Source: Opitutia bacterium
GTDB taxonomy: Bacteria > Verrucomicrobiota > Verrucomicrobiia > Opitutales > Opitutaceae
Length of the DNA stretch: 64,000 bases
Assembly (NCBI GenBank): GCA_947478395.1
Contig: CANJVR010000002.1
Span: forward strand, 416,001 to 480,000
Reading direction: 5' to 3'
Shown one piece after another: positions 50,081-59,287 of this stretch. Numbering within the stretch: the stretch's first letter is position 1; each line of letters opens with the position of its first letter. Under the pieces are notes generated by a model. That model had not been told where the DNA came from. It was given only the letters and a program-made list of their open reading frames with translations, and did not search any database. The translations under genes were made by a program, and so were the position numbers.

Positions 50081-51747
50081 AACTGGAAACCTTCTTTGAA
50101 AAGTTCGACCAGTTCGCCGACGCGCCCGACGCGGTGGCGAAGATGCGGGAGCTTATCCTGGAATCAGCAATCCGCGGAATGCTCGTTCCGCACAATGCCA
50201 GCGATGAGCCTGCATCCGAACTGCTCAAGCGGATGGCGCGCGTTCAAGCTGGACAGGTTCTGAAACAAGCGGCGCTGCCTCCTGTTGGTGATGACGCCTA
50301 TCTCCAAGTGCCACCGGGGTGGGCGTGGACGAGGCTCGGTAATACTGGGCGGATTTTCAACGGCGACAGCGTTAGTGAGAGCGGCAAAGCCGAGCTCGCG
50401 AAGGTCGAAGACGGGCTGCCATTCATAGCGACCAAAGATGTCGGCTATGGCCGAGCTGCTTTGGTTTACGACAATGGGCTGAAAGTCCCGCTTCGTGATC
50501 CCCGATTCAAAGTGGCGCGTGCCAACGCCGTCTTGATTTGCGCTGAAGGCGGGAGCGCTGGAAGGAAGATTGGAATCACCGATCGCGATATTTGCTTCGG
50601 CAATAAGCTCTACGCAAACGAGGTCTCGGCGGGGATTCACCACCGCTATATCTTCTACGTCTATCAGGCTCCGACGTTCTTCAGGGAGTTTGCCGCCAGA
50701 ATGACCGGGATCATCGGAGGAATTGCGCGCAGTGAGTTCCGTTCGCTGCCCATTCCGCTACCACCCGAAAAAGAGCAGAAGCGGATCGTGGCGAAGGTGG
50801 ATGAGTTGATGGCGTTGTGTGATCGGCTGGCCTTGCAGCAGCAGGAACGGGAGACGCGGCACGCCGCGCTCGCCCGCGCGTCGCTGGCCCGCTTTGCCGA
50901 CGCGCCCACACCGGCCAACCTATCGTTCCTCTTCCACCCGTCTTACACGATCGCCCCTGCCGACCTCCGCAAATCCATCCTCACCCTCGCCGTCCAAGGC
51001 AAACTCGTCCCCCAAGACCCCAACGACGAACCGGCTGAATCGATACTTCGGGCCACACAATCTTTGTTTCAGCGCTTGGTGGCGGCTAAAAAACTCACGT
51101 CGCCTAAACCACTGCCGCCGATCGAGGATGACGATGTGCCGTTCTCGCTGCCGAGCGGCTGGGCATGGTGCCGACTTGGCCAAATCATACGCATATCTTC
51201 CGGCGATGGTTTAATCGCCAAGGATATGAATGACGGGCCTTATCCGGTTTACGGCGGCAACGGCGTGAACGGCTACCACGACGAGCACAATGTGACGAAG
51301 CGAACGCTGGTCATTGGGCGAGTGGGCTTCTATTGCGGCAGCATTCACCTGACGCCAGAAAAGGCATGGGTTACTGACAACGCGTTTATCACTACATTCG
51401 ATGAGGCCCACCTTGATATGGATTTTCTGAGTTGGCTTCTCAAGGCAACTGATCTCCGCGAACGCGACAACGCCACTGCACAACCGGTTATTTCTGGTGG
51501 CAAAGTTTACCCGACAATTCTCGCACTCCCACCCCTCGCCGAACAACGCCGGATCGTGGCCAAAGTGGGGCAACTGATGGCTTTGGTGGACGCATTGGAG
51601 CAACAGCTCGCCGCCTCCCGCGCCACCGCCGCTAACCTCCTCTCCGCCCTCGTCGCCGAACTCACCGGCACCACGGCAGGTTCCAAAGTTTCCGCTGCCC
51701 CCGCGCCTGGTACCGGTCGTCGCGGACGCCCGATGAAATCACTATGA
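50077..51747 (+). CDS. hsdS: Type I restriction-modification specificity subunit
   Basis: Two repeats of P.GWAW.RLG + TRD + LPP..EQ.RIVAKV..LMAL. GTG start overlaps the YhcG gene stop. Confidence 0.93.
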   Translation: MKLETFFEKFDQFADAPDAVAKMRELILESAIRGMLVPHNASDEPASELLKRMARVQAGQVLKQAALPPVGDDAYLQVPPGWAWTRLGNTGRIFNGDSVSESGKAELAKVEDGLPFIATKDVGYGRAALVYDNGLKVPLRDPRFKVARANAVLICAEGGSAGRKIGITDRDICFGNKLYANEVSAGIHHRYIFYVYQAPTFFREFAARMTGIIGGIARSEFRSLPIPLPPEKEQKRIVAKVDELMALCDRLALQQQERETRHAALARASLARFADAPTPANLSFLFHPSYTIAPADLRKSILTLAVQGKLVPQDPNDEPAESILRATQSLFQRLVAAKKLTSPKPLPPIEDDDVPFSLPSGWAWCRLGQIIRISSGDGLIAKDMNDGPYPVYGGNGVNGYHDEHNVTKRTLVIGRVGFYCGSIHLTPEKAWVTDNAFITTFDEAHLDMDFLSWLLKATDLRERDNATAQPVISGGKVYPTILALPPLAEQRRIVAKVGQLMALVDALEQQLAASRATAANLLSALVAELTGTTAGSKVSAAPAPGTGRRGRPMKSL

Positions 51748-51873
51748 GCGCAACAGTTTCCACCTCCTTTTAACGGCTCGAAAGGGACGTCGAGCGGAAA
51801 GCTTCATCGGATGAATGTCATCAGCCACACTCCGGTTTGAGTTCGAGCAGGACTGGCTCCAACTGTAGTCGAC

Positions 51874-51975
51874 ATGAGCAAATCGGAAATACTCGCCAAA
51901 CTTCCCCGGCTGTCGGCGGAGGAGAGAGCGGAAGTACTCGCGCGGTTTAAGTTTTTCCGTGCCCGTTTTGGGTAG
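51874..51975 (+). pseudogene. Truncated small addiction-module-like gene interrupted by a repeat
   Basis: MSKSEILAKLPRLSAEERAEVL resembles small antitoxin-type N-termini, then runs into the family C repeat and stops at its GTAG. Confidence 0.35.
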
Positions 51976-52077
51976 CGGCGGGCGTCTCTGCCGGCCGGGT
52001 TCGGCGTTCTCGCTTCGGCAGGCAGGGACGCCCGCCGCTACGTCGTCACCGGCTACGCTTTGGGTCAAATCACTCTA
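51938..52077. repeat. MITE/REP-like element, family C (long copy)
   Basis: Internal GTAGCGGCGGGCGTCTCTGCC ... GGCAGGGACGCCCGCCGCTAC inverted repeat; flanks match 2113-2208. Confidence 0.7.
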
Positions 52078-52103
52078 ATTTTAGGTACGCGGGTTCGCCA
52101 TCC

Positions 52104-54719
52104 TTACCGCCACTCATGCCGCGGATAGCGCCGCGAGAGTTCGGCTTTCACCTTCGGATACTGTTCGCGCCAGAAATTTGTCAGGTCGTCGGTGACTTGA
52201 ATCGCGCGGTGATTCGGGGCGAGCACCTCGAACTTCACGGGCACGCGGCCGTGGCCGATCGTGAATTTCCCGTCGACGCCGTAGAGTTCCTGAATGCGCG
52301 CGCTCATGATCGGCGGGCCCTCTTTGTGATACGTGAGCTTCGCTTTGCGGCCGTTCGCCATCGTGAGTTTTTCCGGCAGGTAGTCATCGAGCACCGCGAA
52401 TTGCTCGGCCGTTAACCAATCGCGCAGGACCGGCATCACGGCTTTTTCCTTCACCGCTCGCGCGCTCGTTTCGCCAAAACAGATCTGCTCGATCAACGTC
52501 CCACGGTCAGCGTCGGTCAGCGGATTTACCTCCAGTTCAGGAAACCACTCCGCGAGTCGGTTCACGCGTACGATCCATTGCTCCACCGCTTCGTCCCAAG
52601 CATCCAGCGTGATGCGGCCGGCCAATACTTCCTTGGTTAAAATTGCGGCGGCGGCGTTGAGCGGCACGTCGTCGCTGTTGCCTTTGCTCTCGAGGACGAG
52701 GTCGCGAAAACGCCGCTCCTTGCGCGCGACCACCCGCTTCGCCTGCTCGTCGTAGAGCACGCCTTTCGCTTCGTAGTAATCGTCGGGAAACAATTCCTTC
52801 AACCACGGCTCCTCAATCGCCGTCGCGAGCGTGAGCAGCGTGTTTACCTCGCCATCGCCGCGGCCAATCTCGCTGATCTCCGCCGCCACGAGCAGTTTCG
52901 CTTGCTGAATCGCGCTCTCCCGGGCCAGCACCCCGCGCCGACCGTGTACGAGCTCGACGCGGAGCGTGCCGCCGTCGAGCCGTTTGCCGAGGTGGTCCGA
53001 AAAACCCGCGAGCACGCACTTGCGCACGGCGGTGCCGTCAACGCGCTGCTCGGTCACATCAAGCCCCTCTTTTTTCGCGATGGCCAAAAACTGTTCGAAC
53101 AGCGGTCCGACCTGACGTGCGCCCTGCGCGTGCACGCCGACGCGACGGCAAGCGTCGATCGAGAAATTGTTTTTCTCCGCGAAACGCCACGCCCGCATCA
53201 GCAGGAAGAAATCGCTCTCGTGCTCCTCGCCGAGCAATTCCTCCCGCGCGGTCTCCACTTCCTTCGTCGCGCCGCGCAGCAAAAAACTCCGACCTTGGGT
53301 GAGCGCCGCCATCAATGCGACTGATCGCACGCAACCGCGCTCTTCGGCGGCGATAAACATCCGGGCGTAACGCGGATGGACCGGGAAACGGAGCATCTTG
53401 CGGCCAAGATCGGTGATGCGGAAATTTTCATTTCCTATTTTTGCGGGACGGGTGCCCCCGTCCGCCTCGACGTTAATGCGAGGTGCGGGCACCCCGCCCA
53501 CGCTTCCAATGGCACCGAGATCGGCCAGCAATCGCTCCGCCCGCTCGAGTGCCTTGGCGTCCGGCTTTTCCAGCCACGGAAACCCAAAAATATCGTCGAT
53601 GCCGCTCGCTTTTAGGGTGAGCACAACCTCCGACAAATCGAGGCGCTTCACCTCCGGCAATTCCTGGAGCGGCCGTTGCGCGTGCTCGCGTTCCGTCCAG
53701 AGCCGCACGCAGATGCCCGGCGCGGTGCGACCGGCGCGGCCCGCCCGTTGATCGGCGCTCGCGATGGAAATTTTTTCCACGAGGAGGGTGTTAATGCCGC
53801 GGTTGGCGTCGAAGCGCGCGACCCGAGCGAGCCCGCCATCGATCACCGCGGTGACGCCGTCGATCGTGAGCGAGGTTTCGGCGACGTTCGTCGAAACGAT
53901 GATTTTCCGCGTCTCGTAGCGCGCCACGGCGCGATCCTGCTGATCGGGCGACAGTTCGCCGTGCAGGGGAAACGCCACGAAATCCCGCAGCGCGCGTCCG
54001 CCCTGAATCGCCTGTACCGTGCGGCCGATCTCGTAGGCCCCGGGCATGAACACAAGCATGTCGCCGGTCGTCGTGGCGGCCACGCGCTCACATTCGCGCG
54101 CGGCCACTTCCCAGACGGGCTCCTGCTCGAAGTTCGCGGGCTTCGTCAAATATTCGATGCGCACCGGAAAACTTCTTCCCTGCGAAACGAGCACGTCGCA
54201 CGGCGCGAGATAGGTTTTCAACGCGCCCGCATCGAGCGTGGCGGACATCACGATGATTTTTAGATCGGGCCGCGTGGTCTGCTGGATCTGCACCGCGCGC
54301 GCGAGGGAGATGTCACCGTAGAGGTGCCGCTCGTGAAACTCATCGAACACGAGCGCGTTGATCCCGCGCAATTTCGCGTCGAACGACATCTGCCGCAGGA
54401 GAATTCCCTCCGTCACGAAGCGAATGCGCGTCTGCGCCGACACCTTCGACTCCAGCCGGATTTGATAGCCAACTATGTCGCCGAGCGGAGCGCCGACTTC
54501 TTCGGCCACGCGTTTGGCGAGCATGCGCGCGGCGAGCCGGCGCGGTTGCAACACGACGGCCTCTCCGCCGTCGAGAAATCCGTGGCGCAGGAGCATCTGC
54601 GGGATTTGCGTGGATTTACCCGAGCCGGTTGGCGCCTGCACGATCAACCGTCCCCCGGACCGCAACGCGTCAACGACGGCGGGCTCGAGTTCGTAGATCG
54701 GGAGGGCGGAGGGAGGCAT
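52104..54719 (-). CDS. hrpB: ATP-dependent helicase HrpB
   Basis: APTGSGKST, QPRRLAA, DEFHER, MSAT, TNVAETSLTI, QRAGRAGR, C-terminal FW...YP..RYPRH.W. Confidence 0.95.
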   Translation of the reverse strand: MPPSALPIYELEPAVVDALRSGGRLIVQAPTGSGKSTQIPQMLLRHGFLDGGEAVVLQPRRLAARMLAKRVAEEVGAPLGDIVGYQIRLESKVSAQTRIRFVTEGILLRQMSFDAKLRGINALVFDEFHERHLYGDISLARAVQIQQTTRPDLKIIVMSATLDAGALKTYLAPCDVLVSQGRSFPVRIEYLTKPANFEQEPVWEVAARECERVAATTTGDMLVFMPGAYEIGRTVQAIQGGRALRDFVAFPLHGELSPDQQDRAVARYETRKIIVSTNVAETSLTIDGVTAVIDGGLARVARFDANRGINTLLVEKISIASADQRAGRAGRTAPGICVRLWTEREHAQRPLQELPEVKRLDLSEVVLTLKASGIDDIFGFPWLEKPDAKALERAERLLADLGAIGSVGGVPAPRINVEADGGTRPAKIGNENFRITDLGRKMLRFPVHPRYARMFIAAEERGCVRSVALMAALTQGRSFLLRGATKEVETAREELLGEEHESDFFLLMRAWRFAEKNNFSIDACRRVGVHAQGARQVGPLFEQFLAIAKKEGLDVTEQRVDGTAVRKCVLAGFSDHLGKRLDGGTLRVELVHGRRGVLARESAIQQAKLLVAAEISEIGRGDGEVNTLLTLATAIEEPWLKELFPDDYYEAKGVLYDEQAKRVVARKERRFRDLVLESKGNSDDVPLNAAAAILTKEVLAGRITLDAWDEAVEQWIVRVNRLAEWFPELEVNPLTDADRGTLIEQICFGETSARAVKEKAVMPVLRDWLTAEQFAVLDDYLPEKLTMANGRKAKLTYHKEGPPIMSARIQELYGVDGKFTIGHGRVPVKFEVLAPNHRAIQVTDDLTNFWREQYPKVKAELSRRYPRHEWR
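53442..53502. repeat. REP-like doublet, family B, in frame within hrpB
   Basis: TGCGGGACGGGTGCCCCCGTCCGC ... GCGAGGTGCGGGCACCCCGCCCACG matches both arms of 5209-5288. Confidence 0.7.
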
Positions 54720-54743
54720 GGATTGAAAGAGCGAGGCCTGCAG

Positions 54744-54832
54744 GTAGGGCGGCTTATTCCTAAACCGCCGCTGCGACTCGGCCCACGGAGGGCTCGACGC
54801 GAAACCGGCGCGTTCGGAATAACGCGCCGTAC
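54744..54832. repeat. REP-like doublet, family A
   Basis: GTAGGGCGGCTTATTCCTAAACCGCCGCTGCGACTCGG ... AACCGGCGCGTTCGGAATAACGCGCCGTAC, closely similar to 1481-1571. Confidence 0.8.
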
Positions 54833-54848
54833 CTTTTGCAACGCACGC

Positions 54849-55310
54849 TTAGTTCTTCAATTCCACGACGACCTGAATCTCGGTCGTCGAGCCGCGCGGC
54901 AGACCGTTTACGGCGACGGCGGCGCGGGCGTGCTTGCCGGCGTCACCGAAAAGTTTCACGAAGAGATCGCTCGCGCCGTTGATCACCGCGGGACTGTCGG
55001 AGAAACCATCGACGGCGTTCACGTAACCGCTGACGAAGACGATGCGTGCGACCTGATCGAGCGAGCCGGTCGCAGCCTTGATGTTGGCGAGCGTGTTTAG
55101 GGCGCAGATCTCCGCGGCCTTGTTCGCCGTCAGAACCGTCTGCTCCTTTCCGACCTGGCCGAGGTGGGTCATCTGCCCGTTGAACAGGCAGATCGTGCCC
55201 GCGCAATAGAGGAGATTGCCGGTACGGACCGTGGGCACGTAGCTGCCCGCGGCCGCGGGCGGATTGGGCAGAGCGAGACCGAGTTCAGCGAGCTTGGCTT
55301 CTGGAGTCAT
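54849..55310 (-). CDS. RidA/YjgF family protein
   Basis: L..LGL.LP, YVP, NGASDL...FG..GKHARAAV, LP....E. Confidence 0.9.
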   Translation of the reverse strand: MTPEAKLAELGLALPNPPAAAGSYVPTVRTGNLLYCAGTICLFNGQMTHLGQVGKEQTVLTANKAAEICALNTLANIKAATGSLDQVARIVFVSGYVNAVDGFSDSPAVINGASDLFVKLFGDAGKHARAAVAVNGLPRGSTTEIQVVVELKN

Positions 55311-55370
55311 GGCAGCAGTTCAGTTTGCCGCCGACGCGTGGCAAAGATTTTCGGCGACGCGACCGAAAGT

Positions 55371-56270
55371 TCATCCCAGCGCCAAAATCCGGCGCGCGTT
55401 GCCGCCGAGAATCGCAGATCGCTCTTCGTCGGCCAGAGGCGCCGCGCGCACTTCGGCAAGAAAGCGCCGCATTTCCGGCGCCGTTTCGACCTTGGGGTAA
55501 CCATTGAGCGGAAAGTCCGAACCGAATAATATCCGCGAAGCGCCCACGGCAGCGACCGCCCGCGCCCAAACGCCGGCGTCGTAAAGCAGCGGCGAGGCCG
55601 CCGTGTCGTAATAAACATTATGCAGTCCGTCTGCGTCCGCTTCACTCCGGGGTTTCGCCCACGCCAGACCGCCGCCCCAGTGCGCGAGGATAAAGGTGAC
55701 GCGTGGCCAGGCTCGGGCCAACCGATGAAAGTCGGCGAGCGGCGTTTCAACGCGGCCGGGAAACTTGCCCGTCGCCGGGTCGGTCACGTGCAGGTTCAGC
55801 GCCCAACTCCAGTCGGCCGCCGCGGCCAGGACCTCGCTTAGATCCGGCGAAGCCACGTCGTAGCCCTGCGCGTGCGGCGACAATTCGCCGACCCCGATCA
55901 AGCCGCTGTCGCGCGCTTGCCGCAGCTCTTCCACCGCGCTGGCCCCGCCCGCCGCTGGCTGGACGGAGGCAAACGCGCTCAGCCGGTCCGGGTGCGCGCG
56001 TACGCATTCCGCGTAGAATCGATTCTGCCGGACGCACGATTCCGCCTGGGTCCAATACCAGCCCAAAAGCACCGCGCGGCCGACTGCGGCCTCGTCCATC
56101 TGGCGCAGAAGTTCGTCGACCGAAGGAAAATCCTGCACCGCGCGGCCATCCTTCCGTCGGCGGGTGCAGAGTGTACCCCAGAGTGATTCGCCGTGAGCCG
56201 CCGCCCACCCTGACGGGTCGCGGTTGATCTCGGGTGGATAAAGATGCACGTGGGCATCAATCGTGCTCAT
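55371..56270 (-). CDS. Amidohydrolase_2 family metal-dependent hydrolase
   Basis: IDAHVH, GEL, ILAHWGGG, YYDTAAS, LFGSDFP, GGNA. Confidence 0.88.
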   Translation of the reverse strand: MSTIDAHVHLYPPEINRDPSGWAAAHGESLWGTLCTRRRKDGRAVQDFPSVDELLRQMDEAAVGRAVLLGWYWTQAESCVRQNRFYAECVRAHPDRLSAFASVQPAAGGASAVEELRQARDSGLIGVGELSPHAQGYDVASPDLSEVLAAAADWSWALNLHVTDPATGKFPGRVETPLADFHRLARAWPRVTFILAHWGGGLAWAKPRSEADADGLHNVYYDTAASPLLYDAGVWARAVAAVGASRILFGSDFPLNGYPKVETAPEMRRFLAEVRAAPLADEERSAILGGNARRILALG

Positions 56271-56282
56271 GGCGTAATTAGG

Positions 56283-56375
56283 CTCGTTCTCGACCTCGTA
56301 CTCAGGCTCGTTCTCTTTCGCGGCCGGCGGACATTCCGGCAAAGAGAACGAGAACCACTGCGAGAACGAGAACGA
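56283..56375. repeat. CTCGTT/GAGAAC hexamer inverted ladder in a divergent intergenic region
   Basis: CTCGTTCTCTTT (56307) / AAAGAGAACGAG (56341) inverted pair, plus further CTCG.. and GAGAAC units. Confidence 0.6.
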
Positions 56376-56386
56376 TTTTAACCTCC

Positions 56387-57712
56387 ATGCTCAACCGCCT
56401 CTTCAAACTCAATCAGCATCACACCACCGTCGGCCGGGAAATGCAGGCCGGCCTCACGACGTTCACCGCGATGGCCTACATCCTCGCGGTCAATCCACTG
56501 ATCCTAAAGGACGCAGGCATGCCACTGCCGGCGGTCGTGACGGTGACCGCGCTCACTGCCGCCTTCAGCACGATCATCATGGCGCTGATGACCAACTTCC
56601 CGCTCGCCCTCGCCCCGGGCATGGGAATCAACGCTTACTTCACCTACACCGTCTGTCTGGGGGCGGGCGTGCCATGGCAGTCCGCGCTCGGACTCGTCTT
56701 CGTGAACGGCGTGGCTTTCCTGCTGCTCTCGCTCACCGGCGTGCGCGAGAAAATCGTCAACTCGATCCCCTACTCGCTCAAAATCGCGATCACCTGTGGC
56801 GTTGGACTTTTCATCGCGTTTATCGGATTGAAAAACGCCGGCATCGTTGTCGCCAACAAGGCCACGTTCGTGGCGCAGGGTGACTTCGGCTCCCCCGCGG
56901 TAGCCCTCGCCTTCTTCGGCATCGTGCTGACCGCCGTGCTTGTCGCGCGCCGCGTGCCGGGTGCGATCGTGCTGTCGATCGCGATCATCACCGCGATCGG
57001 TTTCATCGTGCCCGACGGCAAAGGCGGCCACGTCACCGCGTTTCCCACGGGAATCTTCTCCCTGCCCGCTTCACCTGAACCGGTGATGTTCAAGCTCAAC
57101 TTCGACTTCTTGATCCATAATTTCGCGAAGGCGCTGCCGATCATGCTCACGCTGCTGATCGTCGATATGTTCGACAACATCGGTACGCTCATCGGCGTGA
57201 CGAAGCGCGCTGGTCTCCTCCAGCCCGACGGCACGCTGCCCAAAGTCGGCCGGGCGCTGGTGAGCGATTCGCTCGCCGCAATCATGAGCTCGCTCCTCGG
57301 TACATCCACCGTCGTCAGCTACATCGAGTCTGCCGCGGGCGTCGAAGCCGGGGGACGAACCGGCCTCACGGCCATCACCACCGCCGTCTGCTTTCTTTTG
57401 GCGCTCTTCCTGACGCCGTTGATTCTGATCATACCTAGCGCGGCCACCGCGCCTGCGCTGGTGGTCGTCGGAATATTCATGTTTCAGGCCGTCGCTGAAA
57501 TTAAACTCGACGATTTTGCCGAGACGATGCCCGCGGTCGTAACGCTGCTCTGCATTCCGCTTACATTCAGCATCGCCGAAGGTTTGGGACTCGGCGTCAT
57601 CGCGCTCTCCTGCCTGGCCCTGGCAACCGGCCGGGCCCGCAGCGTTCCGACGTTCACCTACGTCCTCGCCGCGTTATTCTTCGTTCATATTTTTCACGGC
57701 CTCTTTGTTTGA
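56387..57712 (+). CDS. NCS2/AzgA-like purine permease
   Basis: AGLTTF.AMAYIL.VNP, LAPGMG.NAYF, FDNIGTL, YIESAAGV..GGRTGLTA. Confidence 0.92.
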   Translation: MLNRLFKLNQHHTTVGREMQAGLTTFTAMAYILAVNPLILKDAGMPLPAVVTVTALTAAFSTIIMALMTNFPLALAPGMGINAYFTYTVCLGAGVPWQSALGLVFVNGVAFLLLSLTGVREKIVNSIPYSLKIAITCGVGLFIAFIGLKNAGIVVANKATFVAQGDFGSPAVALAFFGIVLTAVLVARRVPGAIVLSIAIITAIGFIVPDGKGGHVTAFPTGIFSLPASPEPVMFKLNFDFLIHNFAKALPIMLTLLIVDMFDNIGTLIGVTKRAGLLQPDGTLPKVGRALVSDSLAAIMSSLLGTSTVVSYIESAAGVEAGGRTGLTAITTAVCFLLALFLTPLILIIPSAATAPALVVVGIFMFQAVAEIKLDDFAETMPAVVTLLCIPLTFSIAEGLGLGVIALSCLALATGRARSVPTFTYVLAALFFVHIFHGLFV

Positions 57713-57765
57713 GCCGCGGCGCCCCGCATAAAGAGCGCGGTTGCGCCAACCTACTCAATTACGCC

Positions 57766-57792
57766 GTAGCGGCAGCGACGCCTGCCGCTACG
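57766..57792. repeat. Short GTAGCGGC/GCCGCTAC palindrome (family C core)
   Basis: GTAGCGGCAG-CGACGC-CTGCCGCTAC between convergent permease genes. Confidence 0.55.
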
Positions 57793-57811
57793 GCAAATGC
57801 CACGGAAGAAC

Positions 57812-59152
57812 TCAAACTTCCTTGGCAGGCCACAGGAGATTTAACAGCAACGCGGTGAGTCCGCCGGCCGAAATGCCCGACTCCAGCAGCGAGTGCAGCA
57901 GCGACGGCAAACTCTCGAGCAAAGCCGGCTGCGTCGGCAAGCCGAGTCCGACGCCGAGCGACAGCGCCACGATCACGCCTTCGCGCTGGCCAAATCCCGC
58001 GCTCAGCAGCAACCGAATCCCCGCGACCGCGACCAGGCCAAACATCATCAGCGCCAAACCGCCTAACACCGATGGTGGTAGCACCGTCACCCAGCGACCC
58101 ACCGCGGGAAAAAGTCCGAGGAGTGCCAGCATCGCCGCCATGACGTAGCCGACGCGTCGGCTCGCGACGCCGGTGATCTGGATCACGCCGTTATTCTGCG
58201 CGTAGGTCGCGCTGGGAAACCCTCCGAATAACGCAGACGCGGTGCTCGTAATACCGTCGGCCAGTACGCCACCCGACAGTCGCCGCCAATGCGCCGGACC
58301 CGCGGTGGCGAGCCCTGACAATTGCGACGTGGCGGCGATGTCGCCCATCGCTTCAAGCAGCGAAACCAGATAAATAAACACGAAGGGCGGGACAAATTTC
58401 CAGTCAAAGGCGAAGCCGTGCGGCAGCAGGCGCGGCCGGGTGATCCACTCCCCCGCTCCCATCTCCGGCGCATGCAATCCGCCGAGGAAACCGCAGAGCG
58501 CGCATCCCGCCAACACGCCGCACGCTGCGCCGGCAATCCGCGCCCACGCGCGACCGGTCGCCTGCGCGACAACAATCACCGCGATCACGAGCGCGCCCAC
58601 GACGAGTCCCCACCAGAGTGGCGCGCCAGACCGCACCGGCGCAGCCAGACCAAAAAATGCCGTCGGGATCAGCGACGTTCCAATCAGCAAGACCACGACG
58701 CCCGACACCAACGGCGTGAAGACCGTGCGGAGCTTCGACACGAAGGGCGCGAGCAAAATCAAAAGCGGCGCCGTGAGGCACGACAGACCCAACATCAACG
58801 CCAGTCCTCCGGCCTGTCCCGCGGCCGTCAACGGTTGCAGAAACGCGAAGCTCGTTCCCGTCACGCTCAACAGGCCTGAGCCGACCGGCCCCCGTTGTTT
58901 GCATTGCAGCCAGGTACCGAAAGCCGAAGCCAGCAGCGCGATGCTGATCAAATAGGCGGTGTCGGCCTGCGGCAGTTTGAGAATGCTTGCGAGAATCAGC
59001 GGCGGCGTGATCGTGCCGACGACCATCGCGGAAACGTGCTGCGCGCCGACCAACACGGAGGTGCCTAATGGCATTCGATCCTCGAGACCGTAAACGACGC
59101 CGGCCGGATTTCCGTTAGTCGGAACCGATGCGGGCGGGGGTAATATTTCCAT
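57812..59152 (-). CDS. NCS2 xanthine/uracil permease (XanP/XanQ-like)
   Basis: QH motif, GTSFAF, E.MGD, NAT signature QNNGVIQITG. Confidence 0.9.
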   Translation of the reverse strand: MEILPPPASVPTNGNPAGVVYGLEDRMPLGTSVLVGAQHVSAMVVGTITPPLILASILKLPQADTAYLISIALLASAFGTWLQCKQRGPVGSGLLSVTGTSFAFLQPLTAAGQAGGLALMLGLSCLTAPLLILLAPFVSKLRTVFTPLVSGVVVLLIGTSLIPTAFFGLAAPVRSGAPLWWGLVVGALVIAVIVVAQATGRAWARIAGAACGVLAGCALCGFLGGLHAPEMGAGEWITRPRLLPHGFAFDWKFVPPFVFIYLVSLLEAMGDIAATSQLSGLATAGPAHWRRLSGGVLADGITSTASALFGGFPSATYAQNNGVIQITGVASRRVGYVMAAMLALLGLFPAVGRWVTVLPPSVLGGLALMMFGLVAVAGIRLLLSAGFGQREGVIVALSLGVGLGLPTQPALLESLPSLLHSLLESGISAGGLTALLLNLLWPAKEV

Positions 59153-59287
59153 CGTGCGAATCGTTTAGCACGTCTCAGGCCACGGGGTCGTCTGGTTTGC
59201 GGCCAAGGTGGAATGGGCGTGAGCCATCTGCTGATGGCACTCGCGAAATCGCATTACCCGCCCCGCGGCGTACTCTCTAAAATCAAA

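Noticed and set aside
51742..52068. 108-aa minus-strand ORF after hsdS
   Set aside because: It starts inside a repeat element and has no recognisable protein features.
59153..59287. Possible purine/xanthine riboswitch upstream of the xanthine permease
   Set aside because: Only a short GCCATC/GATGGC hairpin is visible, and I recognise no riboswitch consensus. A cmscan run would settle it.
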